Source: an uncultured Bacteroidia bacterium (GTDB lineage: Bacteria > Bacteroidota > Bacteroidia > Bacteroidales > UBA932). From it: a stretch of 64,000 nucleotides of DNA. The position numbers were made by a program, and so were the translations under genes. Location of the stretch: NCBI GenBank assembly GCA_902788095.1, contig CADAIT010000011.1, forward strand, positions 1,949 through 65,948. Reading direction: 5' to 3'. Position 1 is the first letter of the stretch. The number at the start of each line of letters is the position of its first letter. The notes under the pieces were generated by a model. It was given only the letters and a program-made list of their open reading frames with translations. It did no database searches and was not told the origin of the DNA. Below, piece by piece: positions 9,959 to 19,446 of this stretch.

Positions 9959-12130
9959 TTATTTGACATGTATGTGGATGGTGACCACGGCCTTGTAGTC
10001 GCCGTACACAAACACCGGGCGAATGGTGTAATTCTCGCCGGGGGACACCACGCCGGGTTTGGTCCCCACCTGGAAGGTCCAGCTGGTGCGGTCGTACTGG
10101 GTGTACACGGTAGGTGTTCCGCCCCAAGGGGTGACGGACCCGTCCGGAGCATACCAGAAGCCGTAGCCGTTGGCCGTGTAATTGTAGCTTATGGAGCCGT
10201 CCGGTTCAAGCGAGCCGAATTTCACCTTGCCGGATGCGTAATTTGCGCGGTCGGAGGCAATGGCGGCGGCAATCTCGGAGGGCTGCATTACAAAGGCATA
10301 GCCGATTTTCTCGAAATCGTCCGAATCCAGGGAGAAGGAAGGTCCGGCATAGCCGTCGGCAGCGGGAACGTCAATATCCTTGACGATTTCCGTGTCGTGG
10401 GGCGTTTCGTCGCCGGTAAAGGCAATTTTGGTGATGAGGTCGGTCCCGGTGAAACGTACGCGGTACGGCCAGGTGCCGCCCTGTTCGCTGCCATAATACC
10501 GGGAAGGCGTGCAGGAAACCACCAGCCACAGTTTTTCCGTGTTTGCGGGTACTGTCCAGGTGGCGCTGGCGGTGCTCCCGGTAAGAGTGGGTTCGCTGTA
10601 GGCGCGGGAGCCATCGGCCAGGAGGGCTACAAAGCCGTAGGTCCAGCCGGCATCGGCCTTCTTGGCCAGACCTTCGAATTCCGCGCTTACACTGCTGCCT
10701 GCAGCGGGTTTCAGGCGGATGATGTTGAAGCCTGTTGCTTCCGGTGAGCGGGCGTCGCCCACTTTGTTCCAGCCGTCGCCGTCGTCAGAACCCACCCAGC
10801 CGATGTTGCCGATGTAATCCGTGCCAAAGTCGCCTATAGAGGCGGTGCGTTCCACGTTGCCTTGCTCGTCCAGGTTCACCACTTCCGTCTTGAAGTCCCA
10901 GGTGGCACAGCGGGCGGCGTACTCGTACAAATCCCGGTTGAACGTGGCCAGGTCTCCGCCGCAATAGAGCCGCATATAGGCCTGGCAGGCGTCTTCGGTC
11001 TTCTTGGACTCCTTCCATATACGGCCGTAGGCGTCAAAGCCGTATTTGTCGGTCCAGAGGAACTGGAACCAGTAGGAGGCATAGCGCATGTCAAAGTAGT
11101 GGAAATGGCGGTGGCTGTTTTCGGCAAACACGCGGAAGTTGTCCTGGGTGTACGCCTGCTCGGCGTACAGGTTGAAGCTCTGCCAGTTGGCACAGGCCTC
11201 CCAGAATACGCCGCCGCTCTGCATGAAGCCGGCGTCATTGTGGCCGAAATCGGCATATACCTGATACTGGAAGGCGTGGCCGATTTCATGCGCGACGGTG
11301 CTGCCGGTGGGCTGGCAGGCCGTGGCGCTAACCCACAGGCCGCCCATGTCGCCGGTTCCGCCGCCCTCGGCCTTCCAGTTGGTGGTTCCGTAGAGGAAGA
11401 TGGACATATAGTATTTGTCCAGGTAGGACTGTCCTTCCGGGCCTCTCATGCCAAATTTTTCCACGTAAGTCTTATAGTAGATTTCGGCCTTTTTCAGGAG
11501 GTCGTCCACATCTACACGGATTTCCTGGGGCGTTTCGGCGTCGCCCGGGTCAATTTCTCCCGTCTCGTCGTAGCCTTTGTCCCAGAGCACGATAAAGTGC
11601 TCGCTGGTGCGGGCGCGGCCCAGGAAGAACTCGTTGTCGGAGCTCTTGAGCTTGGAGAGGCTTCCGGTAATGCCGGTGTAGATGCGGCTCACGTCAATGC
11701 CCTTTGCGGCGATTTCCTCGTCGGTGAGGGTGACGGACGCGGCTTTCTGGGTGACGGTGAAGCTAGCCTTGCTTTCCCCGCTTACAATGGCAAACGTGGC
11801 CTTTCGTGAAGTTTTCTCCGTGTTTGCATCGGCAGAAACCGTCATTTTGAAAGGAACGGCTTCGCCGGAAGCAGTCCCGTTTTCAGGTTTGAAATGGAGC
11901 CATTCGGCATCGGTTTCCGCGTGCCAGTTTTCCGTGCAGGTGAAGCGTACCAGCGAACTGCCGCCGTTCCCTGCAAAGGTAATGCTGTTCTGAACCTTGA
12001 GTTCGATGTTTCCGGTGTTCTGAACGACTTCCGGCTGGGGGTCTTCAATCTCCTGCTGAACTTTCTTGCAGGAGAAAACAGACAGCCCTGCCAAAAGGGC
12101 AAGGGCTGCCAATTTCATGATTCTTATCAT
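9959..12130 (-). CDS. Lipoprotein: BACON + DUF6055-like HExxH gluzincin + DUF4859-like C-terminal domain
   Basis: Lipobox VFSC; BACON-like W..W..ANT..R..F..TVTQ; SEHFIVLW; AHEIGHAFQY then FWE; C-terminal YTANGYGFWY..DG.V..WG. Confidence 0.75.
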   Translation of the reverse strand: MIRIMKLAALALLAGLSVFSCKKVQQEIEDPQPEVVQNTGNIELKVQNSITFAGNGGSSLVRFTCTENWHAETDAEWLHFKPENGTASGEAVPFKMTVSADANTEKTSRKATFAIVSGESKASFTVTQKAASVTLTDEEIAAKGIDVSRIYTGITGSLSKLKSSDNEFFLGRARTSEHFIVLWDKGYDETGEIDPGDAETPQEIRVDVDDLLKKAEIYYKTYVEKFGMRGPEGQSYLDKYYMSIFLYGTTNWKAEGGGTGDMGGLWVSATACQPTGSTVAHEIGHAFQYQVYADFGHNDAGFMQSGGVFWEACANWQSFNLYAEQAYTQDNFRVFAENSHRHFHYFDMRYASYWFQFLWTDKYGFDAYGRIWKESKKTEDACQAYMRLYCGGDLATFNRDLYEYAARCATWDFKTEVVNLDEQGNVERTASIGDFGTDYIGNIGWVGSDDGDGWNKVGDARSPEATGFNIIRLKPAAGSSVSAEFEGLAKKADAGWTYGFVALLADGSRAYSEPTLTGSTASATWTVPANTEKLWLVVSCTPSRYYGSEQGGTWPYRVRFTGTDLITKIAFTGDETPHDTEIVKDIDVPAADGYAGPSFSLDSDDFEKIGYAFVMQPSEIAAAIASDRANYASGKVKFGSLEPDGSISYNYTANGYGFWYAPDGSVTPWGGTPTVYTQYDRTSWTFQVGTKPGVVSPGENYTIRPVFVYGDYKAVVTIHIHVK

Positions 12131-13965
12131 TTACCGTAGGGTTTGGTGTTCTCAAACTGAGCTTTCCAAGGCCACTTGGTGTCTTTGTCGTCAGACTCGT
12201 CAGTCCAGGGATGACGCTCGTACTCGGAAGGGGCGCCCGTAACCACGAACCATACTTTGCTGGCGTTTTCGGGAACGGTCCAGGTCTTTGTGGCGGTAGC
12301 GTTGGCATCGGCACTCCAGACCGGGCTGTAGGTGCGGGTGTCGTCACTGTTGATAGCGACAAAGCCAAAGCGCCAGCCAGCCAGGGGGGCGGAGCCGCTT
12401 ATGCAACCTCCCACACCCAGATTCTGGCTGAAGGTAACGCTCACTTCCTTTCCGGCGGGAACGGTCATCCTGATTACGTTGTAGCCGGTGGTTTCAGGGG
12501 AGAGGCTGGATTTGATGGTCCACCAGTCTTCATTTTGGGAGATGTTGCTGGTGGCAATGGCCATTTCTCCGTGGTGGTCCAGGATTCTTCCGCCGTATTC
12601 GTACTTGGCGTATTTGCGGAGTTCCTCGGTGTCGTATGTGACCATATGTGAGGCATAGCCGTACATGGAGTCGTTCATGGCATCCACGTCGTAATCCATC
12701 AGGCGCATGTAGGTCTCAATGGGGTCTTCCGGGTACTGGGCCTCGTTCCACAACCTGCCGATGAAGGTGATGTCGTTCTGCTCCACCCACCACCAGTGGA
12801 TGAAATAGTCGGCATAGCGGGGACGCTCGTGAAGGACGTGCAAGTGGGTGGAGTTGGTATATTCACCATACCAGCCGGTAAAGGTTTCCTCACGGTACTG
12901 GCTCATGACCATGCTCTGCCACTGGGCGGTCTGCTCCCAGAACGCGTTGCCGCCCTCGCCGTTGTCACCAAAACCGTAACGCCAGCCGGGGCCCTGCAAT
13001 CCGGAAGTGGAAGGAGCATTGTCCACGCTTACGCCCTGGCGCACCAGATAGTCGCAGAAGACCATGTACTGGAAGCAGTGGCCGATCTCGTGACCGATGG
13101 TGCTGCCAACGGGTTTGCAGGTGGAAGGGTTCACCCACAGGGCGCCAATCACGTTGTCGTATCCGGAGCCGGTGGCCAGCCATTCGCTCTGGTAAATGAT
13201 GTAAATCTGCATCTTGTATTTGTCCAGGACCGAAAGGTCTTTTCCGGGATTGGCGAATTTGAGTTTGTTCACGTTGAGGTCGTAGAATTCTTCGGCCTTC
13301 TCCAGAAGGTCGTCAATGTCCACCCGCATGGCGGAATTTTTGGCATTCGTAGGTAATACCGTGCCGTGTGAGCCGTATTTGATGTCCCAGAACACAATGA
13401 AGTGCTCGCTTTGTTTGCTGCGGCCGAAGAACCACTTGGAGTCACTGCGGAACATGTCCATATTGCGGAACTCCTGCGGGATGTAAATCTTTTCCAAGTT
13501 GGGGACATCACTGGGGCTGATGGTGATGACGGATTCTGCCTGCGTGACGGTTATTTTCTGCGTCTTGTCTTTTCCTTCTCCATAGCGGAAGACCAGTTTC
13601 GCCTTTCTCTCCGCTTCATCCGGGTTGACGGCGGCCGTGAGTTTGAAGGTCTGGCGCTTGGTGTTGCCTTCTCCGCTTAAAGAGGAAGAGGTAATCCAGT
13701 TGGCATCTTCCGGAATTTCCAGCGTCCAATATCCGCTGCACTGGAAAATGACGTTGACGGAGCCGCCGTCGCCGCCTATATTGTATTTGGTTTCCTGAGA
13801 GAATCTGACCGTGGCGTCCGGGTCGTACTCGTGCTTCTCTTCCTGCGGTTGTTCCGGGGTCTCCTCCGGTTGCTTTTCAGGCCCGTCCTGCTTGGTGCAG
13901 GACGTCATCCAGGTTGTGCTCAAAAGCAGGGACGCTGCAGCGAGCACGGAAAGGATTTTTTTCAT
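12127..13965 (-). CDS. Lipoprotein: BACON + DUF6055-like HExxH gluzincin
   Basis: Lipobox MTSC; RSKQSEHFIVFW; GHEIGHCFQY, FWEQTAQWQ; no C-terminal DUF4859-like domain. Confidence 0.75.
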   Translation of the reverse strand: MKKILSVLAAASLLLSTTWMTSCTKQDGPEKQPEETPEQPQEEKHEYDPDATVRFSQETKYNIGGDGGSVNVIFQCSGYWTLEIPEDANWITSSSLSGEGNTKRQTFKLTAAVNPDEAERKAKLVFRYGEGKDKTQKITVTQAESVITISPSDVPNLEKIYIPQEFRNMDMFRSDSKWFFGRSKQSEHFIVFWDIKYGSHGTVLPTNAKNSAMRVDIDDLLEKAEEFYDLNVNKLKFANPGKDLSVLDKYKMQIYIIYQSEWLATGSGYDNVIGALWVNPSTCKPVGSTIGHEIGHCFQYMVFCDYLVRQGVSVDNAPSTSGLQGPGWRYGFGDNGEGGNAFWEQTAQWQSMVMSQYREETFTGWYGEYTNSTHLHVLHERPRYADYFIHWWWVEQNDITFIGRLWNEAQYPEDPIETYMRLMDYDVDAMNDSMYGYASHMVTYDTEELRKYAKYEYGGRILDHHGEMAIATSNISQNEDWWTIKSSLSPETTGYNVIRMTVPAGKEVSVTFSQNLGVGGCISGSAPLAGWRFGFVAINSDDTRTYSPVWSADANATATKTWTVPENASKVWFVVTGAPSEYERHPWTDESDDKDTKWPWKAQFENTKPYGK

Positions 13966-13971
13966 AATGTT

Positions 13972-16248
13972 TTAGTCGGTTATTGTAATGTTGAATTTCA
14001 CCGTGGCGTTGTAGTCTCCTTTCACAAACGCGAAGGCGACGGTATAAGTGTCTCCGGGCTTGATGTCGCCGCTCTTCACCTTGTCCGGATGTACGCCGAA
14101 CTGGCAGCTCCATGTGCTCGGATTGTATTCCATGAAGGTGTGCGCGCCGCCCCAGGTGGTAACGGTGCCGTCGGCAGCGAACCAGAAGCCGAATCCGTTT
14201 GCCGAATAGTAGGCATCCGGATCTTTGGTCGTGTATGACGTATCAAGCGTCCCGTCAGGTTTTACGGCCAGAAGTTTCACGGCGCTTGTACGAACGCCGG
14301 AGAACTCGCCAAGGGCGGAGACGATATCCGAAGGCTTCATCACAAAGGCCCTTGCAATGTCAAATACGTCGTCTCCCAGCTCGAATGAAGGTCCGGCGTA
14401 ACCGGCTGCTGCGGAGGCTGTGATATTATGCTCCAGGGTAACGCTATAGGGCTTTTCCGTACCGTCGAAGTTCAGGTTGCCGTACAGGTCCGTGCCGGTG
14501 AACTTTACGCGGAAGGGCCATTGCTCGTCATTGGTGTTGTCCTCGTCCCAGAGGTGCTGGAGATAGGTTTCGGGCGTAGCCGCTACCACAAGCCAGAGTT
14601 TTTCCGTGCCTTCCGGAACCGTATAGGCAATGTCCGCGTTGTCGCGCACGCGCGTACTTTCAGAATATACGCGGCTGCCGTCTTTCATCAGGGAGACAAA
14701 ACCCACATTCCATCCCGCGATGGAAGGGTCGGACACGCGGTTGAAACCCGTGGCATTGGGCAGGCCTTCGAAACGCACGGAGACCTTCCCGTCTGCGGGG
14801 ATGTTGATGCGGATGTGGTTGAAGCCGGTAGCTTCCGGGGCACGGGAGTAATCTACGGTATAGAAGCCGCTGGCGTTGTCATAATTGCTCGTCCAGCCAA
14901 TCTTGCCTATGTAATTTTTGCCGAATTCCCTCACCGGCTGCGTGACGCCTGTCAGTTTTCCTTCGTCCAGGTTGGTGGCTTCTGCGCTGAAGTCCCAGGT
15001 GACGCAGCGGGCGGCGTAGTCGTACAGGTCGGCATTCAGTTCATCCATGCTCAGGCCATGCATGCGCTGGTAGGCCTGGATGGGGTCTTCGGGCTTCCTG
15101 GCCCCGCGCCAAATTTCACCGATTTCCGCCACGCCGTGCTTGGAGGCCCAGTGCCACTGCAGGAAGTAGCTGGCGTAGCGCTGGTGCTCGTGGGTGAAGT
15201 GACGGTGACTGTTGTTCACGAACTCCGAGAAGTTCACGGTGGAGAAGGCCTGGTCCGCATAGGACTGGTAGGCCTGCCACTGGGCGCACTGCTCCCAAAA
15301 GCCGCATCCCTGGCCAATCTCGTAGCGGAAACCCGTGGATAAGTCTTTGGCGGCACCGTTGGCAATAGCGTCGGCATACACCATATACTGGAAGCTGTGG
15401 CCGATTTCATGGGCGATGGTGCTGCCCACCGGATGGCAGGTGGCGGGATTAATCCAAAGGGCGCCTATCGTATTGTCGTAGCCGCTGCCGGTGGCCAGCC
15501 ACTCGGTCTGGTGGAGGATGTAAATCTCCATCTTGTATTTGTCCAGGTTGGATTTTCCTTTCCCGGTGTCTGCAAATTTAAGGACGTCGATATTGACGCG
15601 GTAGAATTCTTCCGCCTTCTCCAGTAGGTCGTCGATATCCACGTAGTAGGCGTTGTTCGTGGCTAAATCCGAGGGCGTTTTTTCTCCGTAGGGGTCATAG
15701 CCCAGTTCCCAGAACACAATGAAGTGTTCGCTCTGCTTGCTGCGGCCGAAGTACCACTTGCTGTCGCTTCGGAACATGTCCATGCCGCTGAATTCCTGGG
15801 GGATGTATATTTTGTCCAGGTCGGGGACGTCTTCCTTGCTGATGGTGGCTACATTGCCCTCCTGGGTAACGGAAATCTTCTGTTGGGTGGCGCCTGCATG
15901 GAAGGTAAGCGTTGCTCTCCGGGATTTTGCCTCAGGATTGGCTGCAATTTCCATTGCGGCCGTTTGTCTGGAAGTTGAGGCATTCCCGTGGTCCGGAGAA
16001 ATGGAAATCCAGTCCACGTTGTCAGGAAGAGTAATCTTCCAGTTGCAGTCAACAGTGAAAACCAGGTTTTTCTTCTCTCCCAGTCCGGAAACGGTGTACT
16101 TGGGCTCGGTTGTGAACTTGACCGTCCCTTCAATGGTATCGTCAAAAGGGGTTTCCGTAGGGGTTTTATCCTGTTCTACAGGCGTTTTTGTGCAGGAAAG
16201 TACAAACAGTGCCGGTAAAATAATAAGCCAGAAGAGAATTTTTTTCAT
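13972..16248 (-). CDS. Lipoprotein: BACON + DUF6055-like HExxH gluzincin + DUF4859-like domain
   Basis: Lipobox VLSC; RSKQSEHFIVFW; AHEIGHSFQY, FWEQCAQWQ; YSANGFGFWFAADG.VTTWG. Confidence 0.75.
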   Translation of the reverse strand: MKKILFWLIILPALFVLSCTKTPVEQDKTPTETPFDDTIEGTVKFTTEPKYTVSGLGEKKNLVFTVDCNWKITLPDNVDWISISPDHGNASTSRQTAAMEIAANPEAKSRRATLTFHAGATQQKISVTQEGNVATISKEDVPDLDKIYIPQEFSGMDMFRSDSKWYFGRSKQSEHFIVFWELGYDPYGEKTPSDLATNNAYYVDIDDLLEKAEEFYRVNIDVLKFADTGKGKSNLDKYKMEIYILHQTEWLATGSGYDNTIGALWINPATCHPVGSTIAHEIGHSFQYMVYADAIANGAAKDLSTGFRYEIGQGCGFWEQCAQWQAYQSYADQAFSTVNFSEFVNNSHRHFTHEHQRYASYFLQWHWASKHGVAEIGEIWRGARKPEDPIQAYQRMHGLSMDELNADLYDYAARCVTWDFSAEATNLDEGKLTGVTQPVREFGKNYIGKIGWTSNYDNASGFYTVDYSRAPEATGFNHIRINIPADGKVSVRFEGLPNATGFNRVSDPSIAGWNVGFVSLMKDGSRVYSESTRVRDNADIAYTVPEGTEKLWLVVAATPETYLQHLWDEDNTNDEQWPFRVKFTGTDLYGNLNFDGTEKPYSVTLEHNITASAAAGYAGPSFELGDDVFDIARAFVMKPSDIVSALGEFSGVRTSAVKLLAVKPDGTLDTSYTTKDPDAYYSANGFGFWFAADGTVTTWGGAHTFMEYNPSTWSCQFGVHPDKVKSGDIKPGDTYTVAFAFVKGDYNATVKFNITITD

Positions 16249-16302
16249 AATTCAGTGTTATTGGTTCCCCGGTCGGCGGTCAGGCCGGCCGAGGAAAAGG
16301 TT

Positions 16303-17523
16303 TTACTGAGCATCCACGAAGCTAATCTTGTAGCTCATGTTGATGATGGTAGGATCAGCGTTGAAATCAGGAATGTAGGTGAGAACCTGCTTGTATTCGG
16401 CGGTCTTGCCTACGAGGGCGGATACGAGCGGGGTAATGGTCTCAGGACCACCTTCCTCAGCGGGTTCACCGGGCATAGTACCAACAGATACAACGATGCT
16501 TTCAAGGCCTGCTTGGAGTTCGATGAACCAGGCACCGGTTTCTACACCCCAGGCGCCAACTGTGGTAGGATCAGACATCCAGTTGCCGCCAAGGCCGCCA
16601 GCGTTGGATGCGACAGCTTCGCCATTCACATAGTTGGTAACGTCAATACCTTTCAGCAGTTCGCCGGTACCGCCTTCTTCGTCATCGTAGAGGGCATCCT
16701 CCATGTTGAAGAGCTCATATTTGGTGAGCTGGAGGTAGTCCTGGATGGCGGACATGTCGGCCTGTACACCGCCATAGAATACATTGATGGGAACAGTGAT
16801 TTCAACGGTCGGGAGTGTGAATTCACCGGCCTTACGGTTGGCGGAGTTGTACTGACCGGCCTCAGGATCCTTGAATTCTTCAATCTTGACCTTGAATTCA
16901 ATACCTACACGGGAAACTTCTTCTCCGTCGGTACGCTGGAAGACCATGCGGCAGACATAGGTTTCGCCAGCTTTGATCACGCCGGGCATAACGCCGACAG
17001 TGGCGATGAGCAGCGCATCCTCTGTTACCCGTGCTTCGGTGTAGATTCGGGCGTCGTCGCCCCAATTCTGGACACCGCCGACACCGTTGCACCAGTAGCC
17101 GATACCGTTGGTGTTGAACGCGGAGGTTACATCATAGCCGGTTCCGGGATCGTTGCCCATGTACAGGCAGTTTGCACCGGTTTCCGGGCTGCCGCCCAGT
17201 TCGCCCATGTCTTCCAACATCTCGGCCCAGTCGTCATATCCCAGGAGTTCATACAGGAATTTGCCGTTGGAATGCTTCAGGGTGGTGTAGTCAACTTCAT
17301 CGACGGCGTATTGTGTCGTGGAAGGAGTAGTGAAATTAAGAGTAATCAGATAGTCGGCCCAATCACATTCGGCCTTGGGACCTTCGGGCTGCTCCGGGTT
17401 TTCCGGAGTGGGTTTTTCCGGATTTTCCGGAGTGGGTTTTTCAGGCTGACGATCGCTGTTGTCTTTCGAACAACCGATGAACAATGCCGAAACGAGCATT
17501 ATGCTCCAAAATACTTTTTTCAT
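16303..17523 (-). CDS. Surface lipoprotein with DUF4859-like domains (candidate surface binding protein)
   Basis: Lipobox FIGC; PEKPTPEN linker repeat; two copies of an N..G.G.W......V..WG motif; directly downstream of susD. Confidence 0.65.
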   Translation of the reverse strand: MKKVFWSIMLVSALFIGCSKDNSDRQPEKPTPENPEKPTPENPEQPEGPKAECDWADYLITLNFTTPSTTQYAVDEVDYTTLKHSNGKFLYELLGYDDWAEMLEDMGELGGSPETGANCLYMGNDPGTGYDVTSAFNTNGIGYWCNGVGGVQNWGDDARIYTEARVTEDALLIATVGVMPGVIKAGETYVCRMVFQRTDGEEVSRVGIEFKVKIEEFKDPEAGQYNSANRKAGEFTLPTVEITVPINVFYGGVQADMSAIQDYLQLTKYELFNMEDALYDDEEGGTGELLKGIDVTNYVNGEAVASNAGGLGGNWMSDPTTVGAWGVETGAWFIELQAGLESIVVSVGTMPGEPAEEGGPETITPLVSALVGKTAEYKQVLTYIPDFNADPTIINMSYKISFVDAQ

Positions 17524-17571
17524 AAGTGATAAGTTAAAAAGTTGATAATTAATTACTTAGGTTTAAGTTTG

Positions 17572-19443
17572 TTATTCCTCGGTTTCAGTGCTTTCTTCTC
17601 CGCGGCCGGGATAGCCGGGATTCTGGACCAGTTTGATGTTGGATTCCATGTTCTGGACGCAGATGGGATAGAGGTTCTTGTACATCACACCCTTTTCTTC
17701 TGCGCGCTTGGAAAGCCAGCTCTTGCCGTTCCAGACATTCTGTCCGTTGCCGCACTGGAAGCGGATGAGATCCTGACGACGGTGGAATTCACCGACGAAT
17801 TCCCAGGCGAGGTCATCCAGGAGACCACCAAACTGGATATCGGCACCGCCTTCTTCGGTCTTGATGAAGAGGGGATCGTTCCAGACTTCTTCGTAGGTGA
17901 AAGCGGGGCTTTTAGGCTCTTCGGCATCGATCTCGGCATTGCCGGAAGCTCCGGCCGTGTACTCACGCACACCGTAGTCGTACACGGAGCCGCCCTTGAG
18001 GTCTGCAACCGTACGGTTGGCAAGGGAGGGATCGGTGTCACGGAAGGCGCGCTGACGAACTTGGGTAACAAGGTCGGCGGCTTTCTGCTCCGTATATTCA
18101 GGCAGGGTCTTGGAACCACCCAGACGGAGGGCGCATTCTGCTGCGATGAAATAGGCGTCGGCAAGGCGGTAGATGGGCGTGTCGTCCGCTGCAGCGTGGT
18201 AGCTGTTGGGCTGGATTTCACCCTTTACATAGCGGTATCCTTCCATCATGTAAGCGCCGGGCGTGTCAACGGAGTGGATTTCCTTGGTGTAGAATACATC
18301 TACCTCACCCTGGTCGTCAACGGCAGCCTTGGGGAGTTTCACGCGGTCTCCGGAGCCGTAAACATATTGCTGTCCATAGGCCCAGGTATCGTAGAAGCGG
18401 GTATCCAGGTATTGTACGCCGGTGAGGTGATTATCCTTGCTGGGCGTAACTGTTTTATGGGCGTAGGTATCAATGAACTGGGGAACCGCACAGCCGCCGT
18501 TCCATCCGCCGGAGAACCCGAATGCGGCCGTACCGAACGCGGGGAGGTTGGCGTTGGCAAGATAACTTCCGCTTGCCTGTCCGGCTTCCATGTCCAGTGC
18601 GAAGATAATTTCCGGATTGGCGGAAAGGTCCACGCGGTGGTTGTCCTTGTAGTTGGGAGCAAGGCTGTATTTTCCGCACTTGATAACTTTGTCGGCCCAT
18701 TTGAGCGCTTCCTCGTAATGGCTCTTGTCGCCTTCGTCGTAGGGCTCGGTGGTGGCAAACCATGCATAGTAGTTCAGGTGCATCTTGGCCAGCGTCATCC
18801 ATGCCATGGCTTTGGTGGGATAGCCGAAGGTGTTTTCTTCGGGCAAATCTTTCTCAGCAGCCTCCAGTTCGTCCACAATGTACTTGAAAGTCACCTCGGG
18901 CTTTTCCTGCAGCGGGAGAAATCCCGATTCCTGGTCTTCTTCCGGAAGGATGGGGATGTTGCGGTAGGAGTCGAAGAGGATATAATAGAGGTATGCCCGA
19001 ATAGCTTTAAGTTCGGCCGCCTTCTGCGGGTTGGCGGTGCGGAACTCCTCGTTTTTCAGCGTCTGGTTGGCATACATGATGGCCACATAGGCGTGGTACC
19101 AGATGACATAGTTGATGTTGTTCAGGGAAGGAGAGAACTGGTGCTTGTGATAGGCGATGTAGTAGTCTCCCCAGCCCACACCGATACGGGAAGGGAACAG
19201 GTGCAGGTCGGCGGCATCTTCTGTCCAGTCCCACATGCCGTAGTACTGCCAGAAGGTGGAGCGCAGGAACGAATATACGTTTCCGGACATTTCGGCGACC
19301 GTCTGGGGATCGGTGAAGTCCAGGGTTTCGTCCGTAAGAAAGTCGTACGGGTGTTCAGTCAGATCCGTGCAGGAGGTAAAAGTGAGCGCACCTGCAAGAC
19401 TGAGAGCAAGGGTGATTTTATGGAGTGTTTTCATACGATTCAC
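17572..19443 (-). CDS. susD: SusD/RagB family lipoprotein (module A)
   Basis: Lipobox TFTSC; AELKAIRAYLYY; YRLADAY; WEFVGEFHRRQDLIRF; LVQNPGY. Confidence 0.92.
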   Translation of the reverse strand: MNRMKTLHKITLALSLAGALTFTSCTDLTEHPYDFLTDETLDFTDPQTVAEMSGNVYSFLRSTFWQYYGMWDWTEDAADLHLFPSRIGVGWGDYYIAYHKHQFSPSLNNINYVIWYHAYVAIMYANQTLKNEEFRTANPQKAAELKAIRAYLYYILFDSYRNIPILPEEDQESGFLPLQEKPEVTFKYIVDELEAAEKDLPEENTFGYPTKAMAWMTLAKMHLNYYAWFATTEPYDEGDKSHYEEALKWADKVIKCGKYSLAPNYKDNHRVDLSANPEIIFALDMEAGQASGSYLANANLPAFGTAAFGFSGGWNGGCAVPQFIDTYAHKTVTPSKDNHLTGVQYLDTRFYDTWAYGQQYVYGSGDRVKLPKAAVDDQGEVDVFYTKEIHSVDTPGAYMMEGYRYVKGEIQPNSYHAAADDTPIYRLADAYFIAAECALRLGGSKTLPEYTEQKAADLVTQVRQRAFRDTDPSLANRTVADLKGGSVYDYGVREYTAGASGNAEIDAEEPKSPAFTYEEVWNDPLFIKTEEGGADIQFGGLLDDLAWEFVGEFHRRQDLIRFQCGNGQNVWNGKSWLSKRAEEKGVMYKNLYPICVQNMESNIKLVQNPGYPGRGEESTETEE

Positions 19444-19446
19444 AGG

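Noticed and set aside
17390-17445. Short coding tandem repeats (PEKPTPEN; also PGPEQ near 30150-30185)
   Set aside because: Ordinary Pro/Glu linkers after lipoprotein anchors
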